A stretch of 62,582 bases of DNA, filler included. It is 5 parts of 5 records of this genome, joined end to end, with 100 filler letters (N's around TTAATTAATTAA, not from the genome) between each part and the next. Parts side by side here need not be neighbours in the genome. Positions count along the whole stretch, not along the records: positions 15,165 to 21,915 come from SRR20825006_2557; positions 22,016 to 43,355 come from SRR20825006_2563; 3 more parts are not named here. One strand, 5' to 3'. Made by a program: the position numbers and the translations under genes. Shown piece after piece: positions 20,285 through 30,195 of this stretch. Under the pieces are notes generated by a model. That model searched no databases, was not told where the DNA came from, and saw only the letters and a list, made by a program, of their open reading frames with translations. Each line of letters begins with the position of its first letter. Position 1 is the first letter of the stretch.

Positions 20285-21841
20285 ATGACGATTACACAAT
20301 GGTTTATTTTCTTTCTGATAATTCAAGTAATTCATTTTTTAGGAACTTGGAAACTATATGTTAAAGCAGGAAGAAAAGCTTGGGAAGCAATAATTCCTGT
20401 ATACAATGCAGTAATTTTAATGAAAATAATTAACCGCCCGTGGTGGTGGGTAATCCTACTTTTCATCCCAATTATAAACCTTATTATGTTTCCAGTTGTT
20501 TGGGTAGAAACAATTAGAAGTTTTGGAAGAAACAGCACTGCCGATACTTGGCTTGTAGTGCTTACGCTGGGTTTATATATTTTCTATGTTAATTATGCTT
20601 TAGATGTAAAATATATTGAAGAAAGAAGCTTAAAACCTCGTACCGCTACTGGAGAATGGGTAAGCTCAATACTTTTTGCAGTGGTAGCAGCCACCTTGGT
20701 TCATACGTATTTTATGCAACCATATGTAATCCCAACCTCGTCTTTAGAAAAAACCTTATTGGTAGGCGATTTCCTATTTGTTAGTAAGTTTCATTACGGT
20801 GCTAGAACCCCAATGACAACGGTTGCTTTCCCTATGGTACATGATACCATTCCTGTAATTAAAACAAAATCATATTTAAAAAAACCACAATTACCATATT
20901 TCAGACTTCCGGGTTTACAAAAAATTAAACGCAATGAGATTGTAGTTTTTAGCTGGCCTGCGGATACTGTAGAACAGTTTTTTGTAAAAACTAACAAAAG
21001 GATCCGAAAACCAATAGACAAAAAATCTAATTATGTAAAGCGTTGTGTTGGACTCCCAGGAGATTCTCTTTCTATTAAAGATGGCTATGTATTTATTAAC
21101 GGAAAACAAACAGTTTTACCAGACCGCGCCAAGCCTCAATTCTCTTATTACGTTCAAACAAAAGGGCAGTTAACCCCTCAATACATGTATGAACGCTATG
21201 GAGTAACAGGACGATTTGGACAAGTTAAGCAAGGCGTATACTTCTTTAGCGCCATGACTGCCGAAGCAGCTAAACAGCTTGAGGATAATCCGAATGTTAT
21301 TAGCGTTAAAAGAAATATAGACACCCAAGGTAACACGCAAATGGGTACTGTATTCCCTAATTCTAAAGATTATAAATGGAATCAAGATCAATTTGGTCCA
21401 ATATACATTCCTCAAGAAGGAAAAACAGTTGCTTTAAACCTAAAAGTTCTTCCTATTTATAAAAAAGTAATAGAAGAATACGAAGGAAATACCCTTTCCG
21501 TAAACGGAAATCAGATTTTAATTAATGGAAATCCGGCAGATTCTTATACTTTTAAACAAGACTACTATTGGATGATGGGAGACAACCGTCATGCCTCTGA
21601 GGATAGTCGTTATTGGGGATTTGTTCCAGAAGATCACATTGTTGGAAAACCAGTGTTTATTTGGTTTAGTTACGATACCAATGCTAGTGGTCCTTTTTGG
21701 AATAAAGTACGTTGGGATCGAGTATTTACAACAGTTGGTGGTGACGGAAAACCACGTTCTTACCTCGTATATTTCTTAGTAGCAATAGCTCTTTGGTATG
21801 GAATAAGTAAATTCAGAAAACGTAAAAAAGAAAATAGTTAG
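20285..21841 (+). CDS. lepB: Signal peptidase I with N-terminal DUF5684-like membrane domain
   Basis: IPTSSLEKTL (catalytic Ser), YVKRCVGLPGD (Lys), MMGDNR-SEDSRYWG. Confidence 0.93.
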   Translation: MTITQWFIFFLIIQVIHFLGTWKLYVKAGRKAWEAIIPVYNAVILMKIINRPWWWVILLFIPIINLIMFPVVWVETIRSFGRNSTADTWLVVLTLGLYIFYVNYALDVKYIEERSLKPRTATGEWVSSILFAVVAATLVHTYFMQPYVIPTSSLEKTLLVGDFLFVSKFHYGARTPMTTVAFPMVHDTIPVIKTKSYLKKPQLPYFRLPGLQKIKRNEIVVFSWPADTVEQFFVKTNKRIRKPIDKKSNYVKRCVGLPGDSLSIKDGYVFINGKQTVLPDRAKPQFSYYVQTKGQLTPQYMYERYGVTGRFGQVKQGVYFFSAMTAEAAKQLEDNPNVISVKRNIDTQGNTQMGTVFPNSKDYKWNQDQFGPIYIPQEGKTVALNLKVLPIYKKVIEEYEGNTLSVNGNQILINGNPADSYTFKQDYYWMMGDNRHASEDSRYWGFVPEDHIVGKPVFIWFSYDTNASGPFWNKVRWDRVFTTVGGDGKPRSYLVYFLVAIALWYGISKFRKRKKENS

Positions 21842-21891
21842 TAGTTAAATTCTAAAATCACAAAAGTTATAAAGTTGCTTTTTTTACAATC

Positions 21892-21915
21892 AACTACCTC
21901 GGGGCAAGCCCACAA
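21892..21915. repeat. REP-like palindromic unit at contig end
   Basis: AACTACCTCGGGGCAAGCCCAC; related units at 33909-33936 and 56579-56599; ATGCCTCGTG ends contig 4. Confidence 0.6.
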
Positions 21916-22015
21916 NNNNNNNNNNNNNNNNNNNNNNNNNNNNNNNNNNNNNNNNNNNNTTAATTAATTAANNNNNNNNNNNNNNNNNNNNNNNNNNNNN
22001 NNNNNNNNNNNNNNN
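21916..22015. other. Artificial contig linker
   Basis: N44-TTAATTAATTAA-N44. Confidence 0.99.
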
Positions 22016-22091
22016 GTTAATTTTTAGGGTAGCTAGCATAAGAATATTATAATCTTCTCATTTTTCTACTGTACATAAGCCAAATCTAAAT

Positions 22092-22138
22092 ATCACTGAA
22101 ATTGGTTACTTAAAATGTAGTGCATTGCGCCAACTTTG
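22092..22138 (+). promoter_or_regulatory. Island box + -7 element upstream of 229-aa gene
   Basis: ATCAC-TGAAATTG-GTTAC (22092-22109), 21-nt gap, CAACTTTG (22131-22138). Confidence 0.6.
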
Positions 22139-22163
22139 TAATTAAACTTAAATTAAAGTAAAT

Positions 22164-22853
22164 ATGGATTTTAAAACAATGCTCCAATTACCAGTATTAG
22201 ATAATAATCAAGTTTTAGAAATGCTTCTAGAGATTGCAGCTATAGAAAGAGATAAGGAAAGACCACAAATGCCACAAGTTACCATTAGTATGAATTTAGA
22301 TAGTACTTCTGGTTTTTTTGTGAATTATGATTCTGACAAGAAAGCAATTTTATTATGTGATTTATTTGACGGGAAGGCTCAATTTAATTACATATCAGCT
22401 CATGCTATTTCTTCAATTTCAATAAGTAACATTAATAAATATGCCTACCTTTTATCTGACGGAAAAATTCCTTTCATTCCTGAAGATGAAGAAATACCAA
22501 CTATACTTCAGCTAAAAAAAGATATCAAAGATTTAGAGTTAGTAGTAAAGTCTATTATAGATAAAGAAATTTCCATAGTTTATAATGATAAGAATACACC
22601 AGAAGATACAGGGAAATATTATGCATTAAAAGTATTAGTTTTACTCAAAGAAACAATTTCTAGAATAGCTTCAGATTCATTGGCTAAAGAAGCTTTTATA
22701 ACTTCAGTTTCAAAAATTGAATTTAATCTAGCTAAAGAGAATAAAACTAGAATAGTAGAAGGTGTACTTTTTATTACAATAGACACTTCTAAAGTATTTA
22801 GAAGTTTTCCAAATGCAATCCAATTACAAGAACAAATAGAAGCTCATTTATAA
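22164..22853 (+). CDS. Hypothetical protein (C-terminal half resembles neighbouring 131-aa protein)
   Basis: 229-aa ORF; D-LAKEA...V-KI...EGVL pattern shared with 23044-23439. Confidence 0.75.
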   Translation: MDFKTMLQLPVLDNNQVLEMLLEIAAIERDKERPQMPQVTISMNLDSTSGFFVNYDSDKKAILLCDLFDGKAQFNYISAHAISSISISNINKYAYLLSDGKIPFIPEDEEIPTILQLKKDIKDLELVVKSIIDKEISIVYNDKNTPEDTGKYYALKVLVLLKETISRIASDSLAKEAFITSVSKIEFNLAKENKTRIVEGVLFITIDTSKVFRSFPNAIQLQEQIEAHL

Positions 22854-22977
22854 AATTAAGTAAGAATCTAATGTAGTTAGTAGAATAGAGTTATTAATAT
22901 AAAAAAATAAGAATACAAAAAAACACTTGTATTAAGCCAATGTGATTACAGTTTTAACATGGAATGTTATTCTGATG

Positions 22978-23016
22978 AAAAAAAGCCTTTAAGATGAATT
23001 TCTTAAAGGCTTTTTT
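22978..23016. terminator. Bidirectional intrinsic terminator
   Basis: AAAAAAGCCTTTAAGA / TCTTAAAGGCTTTTTT inverted repeat between convergent genes. Confidence 0.8.
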
Positions 23017-23043
23017 GACCCCTCAAAATAATGTCATTATATT

Positions 23044-23439
23044 TTATAAGTTATTCTCTAAATATTCGCGTATTACTAAGTCTGTAAAGTATCCACTGTG
23101 ATGGCCTCCCCAACAAGCAGTTAAAGAAAACACACCGTTTTCTAGATTAAGTCCCTTTTTTTCTTCAGCTCCTTCATTTGGAATGCAATAAACCTTTATA
23201 GAGTTAACAACCTCTTGAACAGCTTCTTTTCCCATAGCATCTTTACAAACTTCTCTTAAACCATCAGTAAGGCGTTGCAAGCATACACTAGGAACAAATT
23301 TTATGAAATCCATTTCAAAAGTATCCCAATTAATGTTTATAGGTAATTCTTTACCAACCACCTCATTAATTTCTTTTTGATAATCTCCTAAATATTGATC
23401 TTCTATAGCCTTTGCAGCTCTTTTTTCTTGTAATCCCAT
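23044..23439 (-). CDS. Hypothetical protein
   Basis: 131-aa ORF with its own promoter box and downstream terminator. Confidence 0.8.
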   Translation of the reverse strand: MGLQEKRAAKAIEDQYLGDYQKEINEVVGKELPININWDTFEMDFIKFVPSVCLQRLTDGLREVCKDAMGKEAVQEVVNSIKVYCIPNEGAEEKKGLNLENGVFSLTACWGGHHSGYFTDLVIREYLENNL

Positions 23440-23468
23440 GATATTTATATTAGTATTATTTTATAATT

Positions 23469-23570
23469 CAAAGATATTAGAACACATTCTCAAATAAACA
23501 CCTCATTTAAGTGATAATATAAATTCACGGAAAACAGTGAGCGTTTAAAACTTGAACAGACTTAAATTTA
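23469..23570. promoter_or_regulatory. Divergent pair of island boxes + -7 elements
   Basis: Minus: box 23498-23515 (revcomp ATCAC-TTAAATGA-GGTGT), 21 nt, TATCTTTG (23469-23476). Plus: TTCAC-GGAAAACA-GTGAG (23524-23541), 21 nt, TAAATTTA (23563-23570). Confidence 0.65.
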
Positions 23571-23590
23571 TATGGTATAAAATATCATTT

Positions 23591-24574
23591 ATGAAAACTA
23601 TAATTATTATAGGTCTTTGCTTATTAGGAATCTTACTTCTTTTTACTAATTGCGCACAAATAGTGGGTGGAATATCTAAGAAACAAGCCTCTAAAAATTT
23701 AGAAGAATATCTTGAAAGAGAGTATAATGGTGAGCTTACTTATAAAAATTTAAATAGATTTTTTAATGCAGCTACTATGAATCCTAATTCATTTTCTGTA
23801 CATATATATCATAAAAAAAATCCTGATATAGAGTTTTACACATATTTTGATGCTAAAAAAATATTGATTGCCGATTATATAGCTTCATATCACATAGAAT
23901 TTAATGATCTATATCAAAAAGCATTGAAATATCATGAAGCTAAACAAGCGGTAATTGTAGATTTTAAAAGTGATATTCTAGATGTAAAATATGGTTTAGC
24001 GGTGATTGAATTAATTTTTAAAGAAGCACTAACTTCAGATACATTGGAAGAAATAATTACCAAATTTGTTGATAAATTGAATGCTTCCTATGACGTATTA
24101 AATAATGGTTATGAACACAGCTTATTAGTTAAAACACCTAGTTACCCTGAAGGATTCATAACAGTGCCTTTGAAATTAGAAGACAATATGTGGAAAGTAC
24201 ATGCTTTTCACTTATCTGAAAATGTAACTAATTTTGAACTTTTTAAAACTAAAATTGAAAATAATATTCAAACCAAATTGGAGCTCACGTATCCTTATTA
24301 TAAAATTAGTGAGTATAGAAAAATATTCTTGGATAAATCTTCTTTATCTAAGGGAGCCTGGGTTCAATATTTAGAAGATACTAGAATAAATAATAAAGAA
24401 AATGAGAAATATCAAAACCCTTTAAAGGGAATTTATATTGTTTATTTTGATTTGGAATCAAGGTTTATTTATCGCGGAGAGATGCTTACAGAAAAGAATG
24501 ATATAACTACATCTAATAAGGAATTAAAAGAGATTAGAGCTGCTTTGGCCTTTTATGATATTAGAACGGAATAG
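23591..24574 (+). CDS. Hypothetical lipoprotein
   Basis: ATG at 23591 gives MKTIIIIGLCLLGILLLFTNC, a signal peptide II-like N-terminus. Confidence 0.7.
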   Translation: MKTIIIIGLCLLGILLLFTNCAQIVGGISKKQASKNLEEYLEREYNGELTYKNLNRFFNAATMNPNSFSVHIYHKKNPDIEFYTYFDAKKILIADYIASYHIEFNDLYQKALKYHEAKQAVIVDFKSDILDVKYGLAVIELIFKEALTSDTLEEIITKFVDKLNASYDVLNNGYEHSLLVKTPSYPEGFITVPLKLEDNMWKVHAFHLSENVTNFELFKTKIENNIQTKLELTYPYYKISEYRKIFLDKSSLSKGAWVQYLEDTRINNKENEKYQNPLKGIYIVYFDLESRFIYRGEMLTEKNDITTSNKELKEIRAALAFYDIRTE

Positions 24575-24661
24575 TAGTTTAAAAAAACAAAAAAGTGACT
24601 AAATAATAAGTGTCTAAACTCAGTTTGAAACTATAAATTCACTTTTTATACAGCCGCTTTT

Positions 24662-25297
24662 TTAATCAAATAGTCCAGACTCTATTGCAAATCGTACTGC
24701 GCCAGTTGTAGTTTTAGAACCTGTTTTTAATAGGATATTTTTTCTATGCGTTTCTACTGTATTTACAGAGATAAATAATTTTTCTGAAATCTCTTTAGAA
24801 GTAAGCTCTTCTCCTAAAAGCGCTAAGACATCCTTCTCTCTTGGTGATAGTTCGATGTTTTTATATTTTTTGCGTTCAAAAACACTTTCCATATATCGTT
24901 GTTTTATGAGTTCAGAAAAGTATTGTTCATCATTTAAAACGGAACGTACCGCTTTTTGTAGCTCTTCTTTACTTGTAAACTTCGGAACAAAACCGTCTGC
25001 CCCTTTTTGTATGACTTTATGTACTGTTCTATGATTGTCGAGCATGCTCAACATGATTATTTTTACGTCTTTATGCTTTTTTTTAATTTCTGTAAGCAAT
25101 TCTATACCGTCCATTTTGGGCATACTAATGTCGCTTATAATTAAACCAATTTTAAACTGAGAGAGTAATCTAATAACCTGTTTCCCTTCAGTTGCAATAT
25201 GCACTTCTCCAATTTCGTCCATATTTTTTAAAATGGTATTGATCCCTTCAATGAACATTAAATGATCGTCTGCAATTATAATGTTTGTTTTCTCCAC
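24662..25297 (-). CDS. NarL/LuxR-family response regulator
   Basis: IIADDH, SDISMP phosphoacceptor, LSPREKDVL...KEISEKLFISVNTVETHRKNI LuxR HTH. Confidence 0.95.
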   Translation of the reverse strand: MEKTNIIIADDHLMFIEGINTILKNMDEIGEVHIATEGKQVIRLLSQFKIGLIISDISMPKMDGIELLTEIKKKHKDVKIIMLSMLDNHRTVHKVIQKGADGFVPKFTSKEELQKAVRSVLNDEQYFSELIKQRYMESVFERKKYKNIELSPREKDVLALLGEELTSKEISEKLFISVNTVETHRKNILLKTGSKTTTGAVRFAIESGLFD

Positions 25298-25303
25298 AAT
25301 TTA

Positions 25304-27271
25304 TTAATTTACTGGTATGTCAATGGTAATTGATGTTCCGCGTCCTGGGCTACAATCGATTTCTAAACTACCTTGAATTTTATGTAAGCGTTCTTTTATA
25401 TTTCGAAGCCCTATTCCCGATTTTTTGTTATTTTGAAAACCTATACCATCATCGTTTATAACAATATTTAAATGATCTTCATGCATGGTGAGTTGAACAG
25501 CAGCATGCTTGGCTTCTGCATGTTTTAGAATATTATTAATTAATTCTTGTACAATACGGTATACGTCTGCTAGTAAGAAATCAGGTAACTCATCAATCGC
25601 TTCTTCTGGAAAGAAAAAAGTTTGAATTTCAGTAGCTGTTTTTTTAGTTATTTGATCAATAAAATCACTTAAAAAACTAGTGAATCCTATTTTTGAAAAG
25701 GGGAGCGGGTGTAATTGATGAGAAAGGCTACGAACATCCGCACAAGCATTATTAATAGCAGAAGCGATTCTCCTAGATTGGAAATCATCATGGTGTTGTT
25801 CTGAATACTGCTCGAACGCTATTTTGATGCTTGCTAAATCGCTGCCAATACCATCATGAATTTCCCGAGCAAGTCTTGAACGTTCTTCATCTTGACCTTC
25901 TTGATAGCGCTCAATAACAGATAGTTTATGATCATTTATCATTTTATTTATTTGCTGCTTAGCATTTTCCTCTTGCTGGATACTCAATTCTTTTTGAATG
26001 CGTAGTCTTTTAATATGAGAAACCCTTAAAATAATTAAAGTAATAAAAACCAATATAAATCCAGCTATTAAAACATTTCTAACTAAGCGTTGGCGTTTTA
26101 CAGTGAGCTCTACTTTTTGCAATTCTGTTTCTCCTAATTTTTGTTCTTTTTCTAATAATTGAATTCTAGCTTCCTTTAATGCTGTTTCATAGCGTTCTTG
26201 TATTTCAGCTACATATACCTTTTTATCAAGTGAGTTTTGCTCCGCAGTACTTGCCACTCCTTTTTGATAGAATTCAAATGCTTTTTTATAATTGTTTTCT
26301 TTTTGATATAAATTTGCCAGATTCTTGTATATGTCGGAACTGTATGGGTGTAGCGATTGTTCTTCGCCAATAGCTAAAGCGCGTTGAAAATAATTTATCG
26401 CTGCAATTGTATTACCTAATTTTGTTTCGCATAAACCTAAATCGTTTAAAACAATACTAATGTCTGAATTAAATTTTAGCTCTTCTAAAAGAGCTAATGT
26501 TTTTTTTAGAGCTACAACAGCTTCTTTACACTTACCTTCTTCCACTAACATTTGCGAAAGATTTATATTTACATAGGCAACAGCCGCTTTATTACCTTCT
26601 TTTTCTCTGTAATCTAAAACGGTTTGGTAATGCTTTCTTGCTTGACTAAACTTACCTTGTTCTTTTAAAATATTTGCAAAATTAAATAGCGTTGTGAGCA
26701 CTCCATCATCATCTCCTAAAGAGCGATAGAGATTGGCAGCACGATCTAGATTTTCTGCTGATTTTTTATAATCTTTTTGAAGCAGATACAATGTTGCTAT
26801 ATTTAGATATGCATTAGCTTCCTGTATTTGGCTATTGGTTTGTTTTGAATACTTTAAGCAATTCATAAAACAGTCAATAGCTTTCGGATATTCACCTAAA
26901 TTTTTATAGGCAGAAGCGAGGATATTATAACAAGCCGCTAATCCTTTTTTAGTGTCCAGTTTTTTAAGTAAATCAATAGCTTGATTTGTATATTTTATGG
27001 TGTTTTTATATTCTCCAATAATATTACTAAGGTTTCCTAATGCATACAAGGCACTTGCTTCTTGAAGTCCCAAATCTGAATTTTTGCTTCCTTCGAGCCA
27101 TTTTGTAGCGGCTAATTTTGCAATTTGGGGTTGCGTATAAATATTGGTATAATAAATGTTTGCAAGAGAATCTAATTCAATCGTACTATCTATGTCTTGA
27201 GCATAAGACAAGGTGCTAATTCCTATATAAAAGAAGAAATTGAATATAAAATATGTAAGAGATAACTTCAT
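25304..27271 (-). CDS. TPR-containing membrane sensor histidine kinase (HisKA_3 type)
   Basis: N-terminal hydrophobic segment, multiple TPR repeats, TM helix, EERSRLAREIHDGIG H-box, RIVQELINNILKHA N-box, DDGIGF, GIGL. Confidence 0.93.
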   Translation of the reverse strand: MKLSLTYFIFNFFFYIGISTLSYAQDIDSTIELDSLANIYYTNIYTQPQIAKLAATKWLEGSKNSDLGLQEASALYALGNLSNIIGEYKNTIKYTNQAIDLLKKLDTKKGLAACYNILASAYKNLGEYPKAIDCFMNCLKYSKQTNSQIQEANAYLNIATLYLLQKDYKKSAENLDRAANLYRSLGDDDGVLTTLFNFANILKEQGKFSQARKHYQTVLDYREKEGNKAAVAYVNINLSQMLVEEGKCKEAVVALKKTLALLEELKFNSDISIVLNDLGLCETKLGNTIAAINYFQRALAIGEEQSLHPYSSDIYKNLANLYQKENNYKKAFEFYQKGVASTAEQNSLDKKVYVAEIQERYETALKEARIQLLEKEQKLGETELQKVELTVKRQRLVRNVLIAGFILVFITLIILRVSHIKRLRIQKELSIQQEENAKQQINKMINDHKLSVIERYQEGQDEERSRLAREIHDGIGSDLASIKIAFEQYSEQHHDDFQSRRIASAINNACADVRSLSHQLHPLPFSKIGFTSFLSDFIDQITKKTATEIQTFFFPEEAIDELPDFLLADVYRIVQELINNILKHAEAKHAAVQLTMHEDHLNIVINDDGIGFQNNKKSGIGLRNIKERLHKIQGSLEIDCSPGRGTSITIDIPVN

Positions 27272-27292
27272 TAAAATGTAAACTTAATACCT

Positions 27293-29536
27293 TTAATTGA
27301 AATATGAGGTTCTTATTTTAGATTTGATGTCTTTTAACAATTCTAATTCATTATTTTCTAAATCAATATTTAACTTGAAAATTTGTTCTAATAAATTATG
27401 CAGAAGGAATTTATCAGTTTCAAAGTGCGTTTGTACGACCTCTAAATGTTCTAATAATGCGTTAGCAGAAGGATTCTCTTTACTTAAAAGCATAGCGTTG
27501 TATTTGATGTAATCTCCTTCATTCTCTATAGCTTTAGATAATGTTTTAAGTGTGGCTAGCATCATATTATTATTGTCTTTTGGAAATTCAAAAAACGAAT
27601 AGTCTGGATAGCTTTGTAATAATTGGTTAAAACTAGCTAATGCTTTTTTATAATGCTTCCCTGTTTTTAATAAATCGGCTAACAGATAGTCTGTTTTCCA
27701 GTCACTAGATTCTGGTATCTGGGTTTTAATAATTTGGCAAGCAGCAATACTTTTTGTAGTATTAAAATCCTCTTTAGCGCAACTTAATGCTAGTTTTAAA
27801 TAGTAAGCTTTGTTTGTGGCTAGTTGTGCCGCTTGTTGTAATGCATTTGTAGCAGCACAGATGTTACCTAGCATCCAATATATTAAACCATTGGTTCTGT
27901 ATTCTATAAAAGTAGAAGGTTCTTGTATTAAATCTAGTTCTGAAGCGTCTGCTATATCATCAGGTTTTTCTAAATAATCATAAAAACAAATCCACAGAAA
28001 CACAGGATATAATTCTGGTAATAATTGTCCTTGTTCGTGGTTATATATGGCATATTTGTAACATTCTTGATAATTGCCCATTTCAATAAGGGCTTCAATA
28101 CACATATTCATTGTGCTACAATATTCTGAGTCGCCAATAGTATAATAATTGATTTCTGACTGCATATCTTCAAAAAAAGCCGTGTAGTTATGGTTTTGTT
28201 TATGAATAATCATTCTTAAGTTATACAACCATGGTGCGTAAGAATGAGGTGGTAACGGAAAATCAGAAAGCGCTACATTAATCGTTTCCAGAGCTTCATC
28301 AAATTGTCTTAATTTGACGAGTGCACGTGCTTTAAAAAATAAGGTTTTAAGTGTAGGAGGAGTCCCTTTATGAAACTGAGCAACAATATCTAATATACCT
28401 TGCCAATTTTCAATTCTACTATTTACTTCTAGTAAATAAAATAGATATTCACTCAAACGGAGACCGTTTTTAAATGCTTCGTGGTAATTTACTCCGGTCT
28501 CGTTATAATTATTGACAAAAAAAAAGGATTTTGCCTTTAATACCAATAGTAATGGGTTTTTAGGATTTAAAGCTAAGCCTCTTTCTACACTAATATCTAA
28601 GATTTCTTTATTTTTTGAATAAAAATATGCCGAATTTCCTATCAATACATATTGATGTTGTGCCAATTGCCAGCCAGAAGTAGCAAACGCCTTGATAAAC
28701 GTTTGATATTCCTCAAAATTACTATACTCTTCTTCTGGAAACTCTGGTTCTGAAGGTGCTTTTAAAACTTGAGATACCATATCGTACATCATAAAAGATT
28801 TTGCATAATCTGCCAAGAGCATACGTGTTACTGCTGTCAATTCTAAAAGTTTCCATTCTGTATTCCAATGTTGTTTTATTTCAGTAGACCTTTCTTCCCA
28901 CAGTGCAACCTGTATATAGGCTAAAGTTTGATTTGCTTTATCTAATCGATGATCTAATTGTAATCCTTTTAAAACTTCTTCATTATGAGTAGCCGAAGCT
29001 AATTCTAAAAGTTCATAGCAGTTTGCTTCTTCGTTTGATGCACATAAATGTGCTAATTGAGTTGCTTCAATATCCCAAAGTAAGAATCGAGCTTCTGTGG
29101 AGGCAGGATAACATTCTAGGATATATTTTAAAGTAACAATAGCTTCTTTAAAACGTTTATCTTCTTGTAATTTTAAAGCGTAATGTAGGTGTAAAGTTTC
29201 GTTGTATGGATATAGCATTAAAGCTTCTTGGTACACTGTTTCTTCACATTGTTTGTAATAACTACAAACGTATTCGTAATCTGATGCTTCTACTTCATTA
29301 ATGTTAATTAATGCTTGTAAATAAGACTGCAAAACTTGCATATTCAGTTCTTCATAAATCCCAATATACAGCATATAAATGCGGTAATATTTGGCATAGT
29401 CTGAATTATTAGTTAAAAGCTCTAGGTGCTCTTGTATATTACTAATTACAGGCTGTAAATGCATATAAAGGTTGGTCTTGTACAGTTGTTCTGCACGCTC
29501 AATTTGTTGTATAAGCTCTTGTTCTGTTATCCTCAT
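27293..29536 (-). CDS. TPR/alpha-solenoid protein
   Basis: Helical repeats (e.g. KARALVKLRQFDEALETI); ATG at 29536 overlaps the upstream stop (ATGA). Confidence 0.7.
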   Translation of the reverse strand: MRITEQELIQQIERAEQLYKTNLYMHLQPVISNIQEHLELLTNNSDYAKYYRIYMLYIGIYEELNMQVLQSYLQALININEVEASDYEYVCSYYKQCEETVYQEALMLYPYNETLHLHYALKLQEDKRFKEAIVTLKYILECYPASTEARFLLWDIEATQLAHLCASNEEANCYELLELASATHNEEVLKGLQLDHRLDKANQTLAYIQVALWEERSTEIKQHWNTEWKLLELTAVTRMLLADYAKSFMMYDMVSQVLKAPSEPEFPEEEYSNFEEYQTFIKAFATSGWQLAQHQYVLIGNSAYFYSKNKEILDISVERGLALNPKNPLLLVLKAKSFFFVNNYNETGVNYHEAFKNGLRLSEYLFYLLEVNSRIENWQGILDIVAQFHKGTPPTLKTLFFKARALVKLRQFDEALETINVALSDFPLPPHSYAPWLYNLRMIIHKQNHNYTAFFEDMQSEINYYTIGDSEYCSTMNMCIEALIEMGNYQECYKYAIYNHEQGQLLPELYPVFLWICFYDYLEKPDDIADASELDLIQEPSTFIEYRTNGLIYWMLGNICAATNALQQAAQLATNKAYYLKLALSCAKEDFNTTKSIAACQIIKTQIPESSDWKTDYLLADLLKTGKHYKKALASFNQLLQSYPDYSFFEFPKDNNNMMLATLKTLSKAIENEGDYIKYNAMLLSKENPSANALLEHLEVVQTHFETDKFLLHNLLEQIFKLNIDLENNELELLKDIKSKIRTSYFN

Positions 29537-30192
29537 TTTTTCCATTCTTTAAACCAATCGGCATGTGCTATATGTAAGCGTTGGTAGTGCTCCCAAAGTG
29601 TTTCTGTCCCTGGGAATTTACTAACATCGAGTTCTGTAGCCCCTAAAACGTACTCATCTCCCAAGCACACGTTGCGGTGAAATTCTCCCCAACTAGAAAA
29701 CGTGGACTTTGTAATATTGTAGGCTTCTTCTAAACGCAACATCATTTCTTCTGTTGTTATAAAGTCTAAGACGAGGCCTAATCTCATTTGAAAAATGTAC
29801 ATTGCCATTTCATATCCTCTGAGTTTTTGATTTTTTAAACTGAAACGATATTTCCACACCATTTTGTAGGTGTTTTTGGTTTTAGGACTTTCTAGAGCTT
29901 GGTATTTAGCTTCAAAAGTCTTACTGGTATCATTGCGAAACGCTGCGGCTAATTTTTCAAAAGTATGAGATACCATTTGTCCGCTCTCGTAACGTTGTAA
30001 ACTGTTCCGTAAATGCAAGCCTGATTTAATACCGTACATAGTTAAAAGTCTTTCCGCATGCTTAACGTGCATTGCATCTTTTAGGTTAAAACCCGACCAA
30101 CTTTTTAAGGCTGCGTTTTTATGATTTTTCTTCAAAATCAAGGCCGATAAATTTAATTGGTTCTGAATTTTGGGTGTGATATCTTGTGTCAT
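29533..30192 (-). CDS. DUF1266 (YbeR/YbeU-like) family protein
   Basis: Pattern GYE...RLG...ITTEE...FSSWGEF...LG resembles the DUF1266 C-terminal consensus. Confidence 0.55.
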   Translation of the reverse strand: MTQDITPKIQNQLNLSALILKKNHKNAALKSWSGFNLKDAMHVKHAERLLTMYGIKSGLHLRNSLQRYESGQMVSHTFEKLAAAFRNDTSKTFEAKYQALESPKTKNTYKMVWKYRFSLKNQKLRGYEMAMYIFQMRLGLVLDFITTEEMMLRLEEAYNITKSTFSSWGEFHRNVCLGDEYVLGATELDVSKFPGTETLWEHYQRLHIAHADWFKEWKK

Positions 30193-30195
30193 TAT

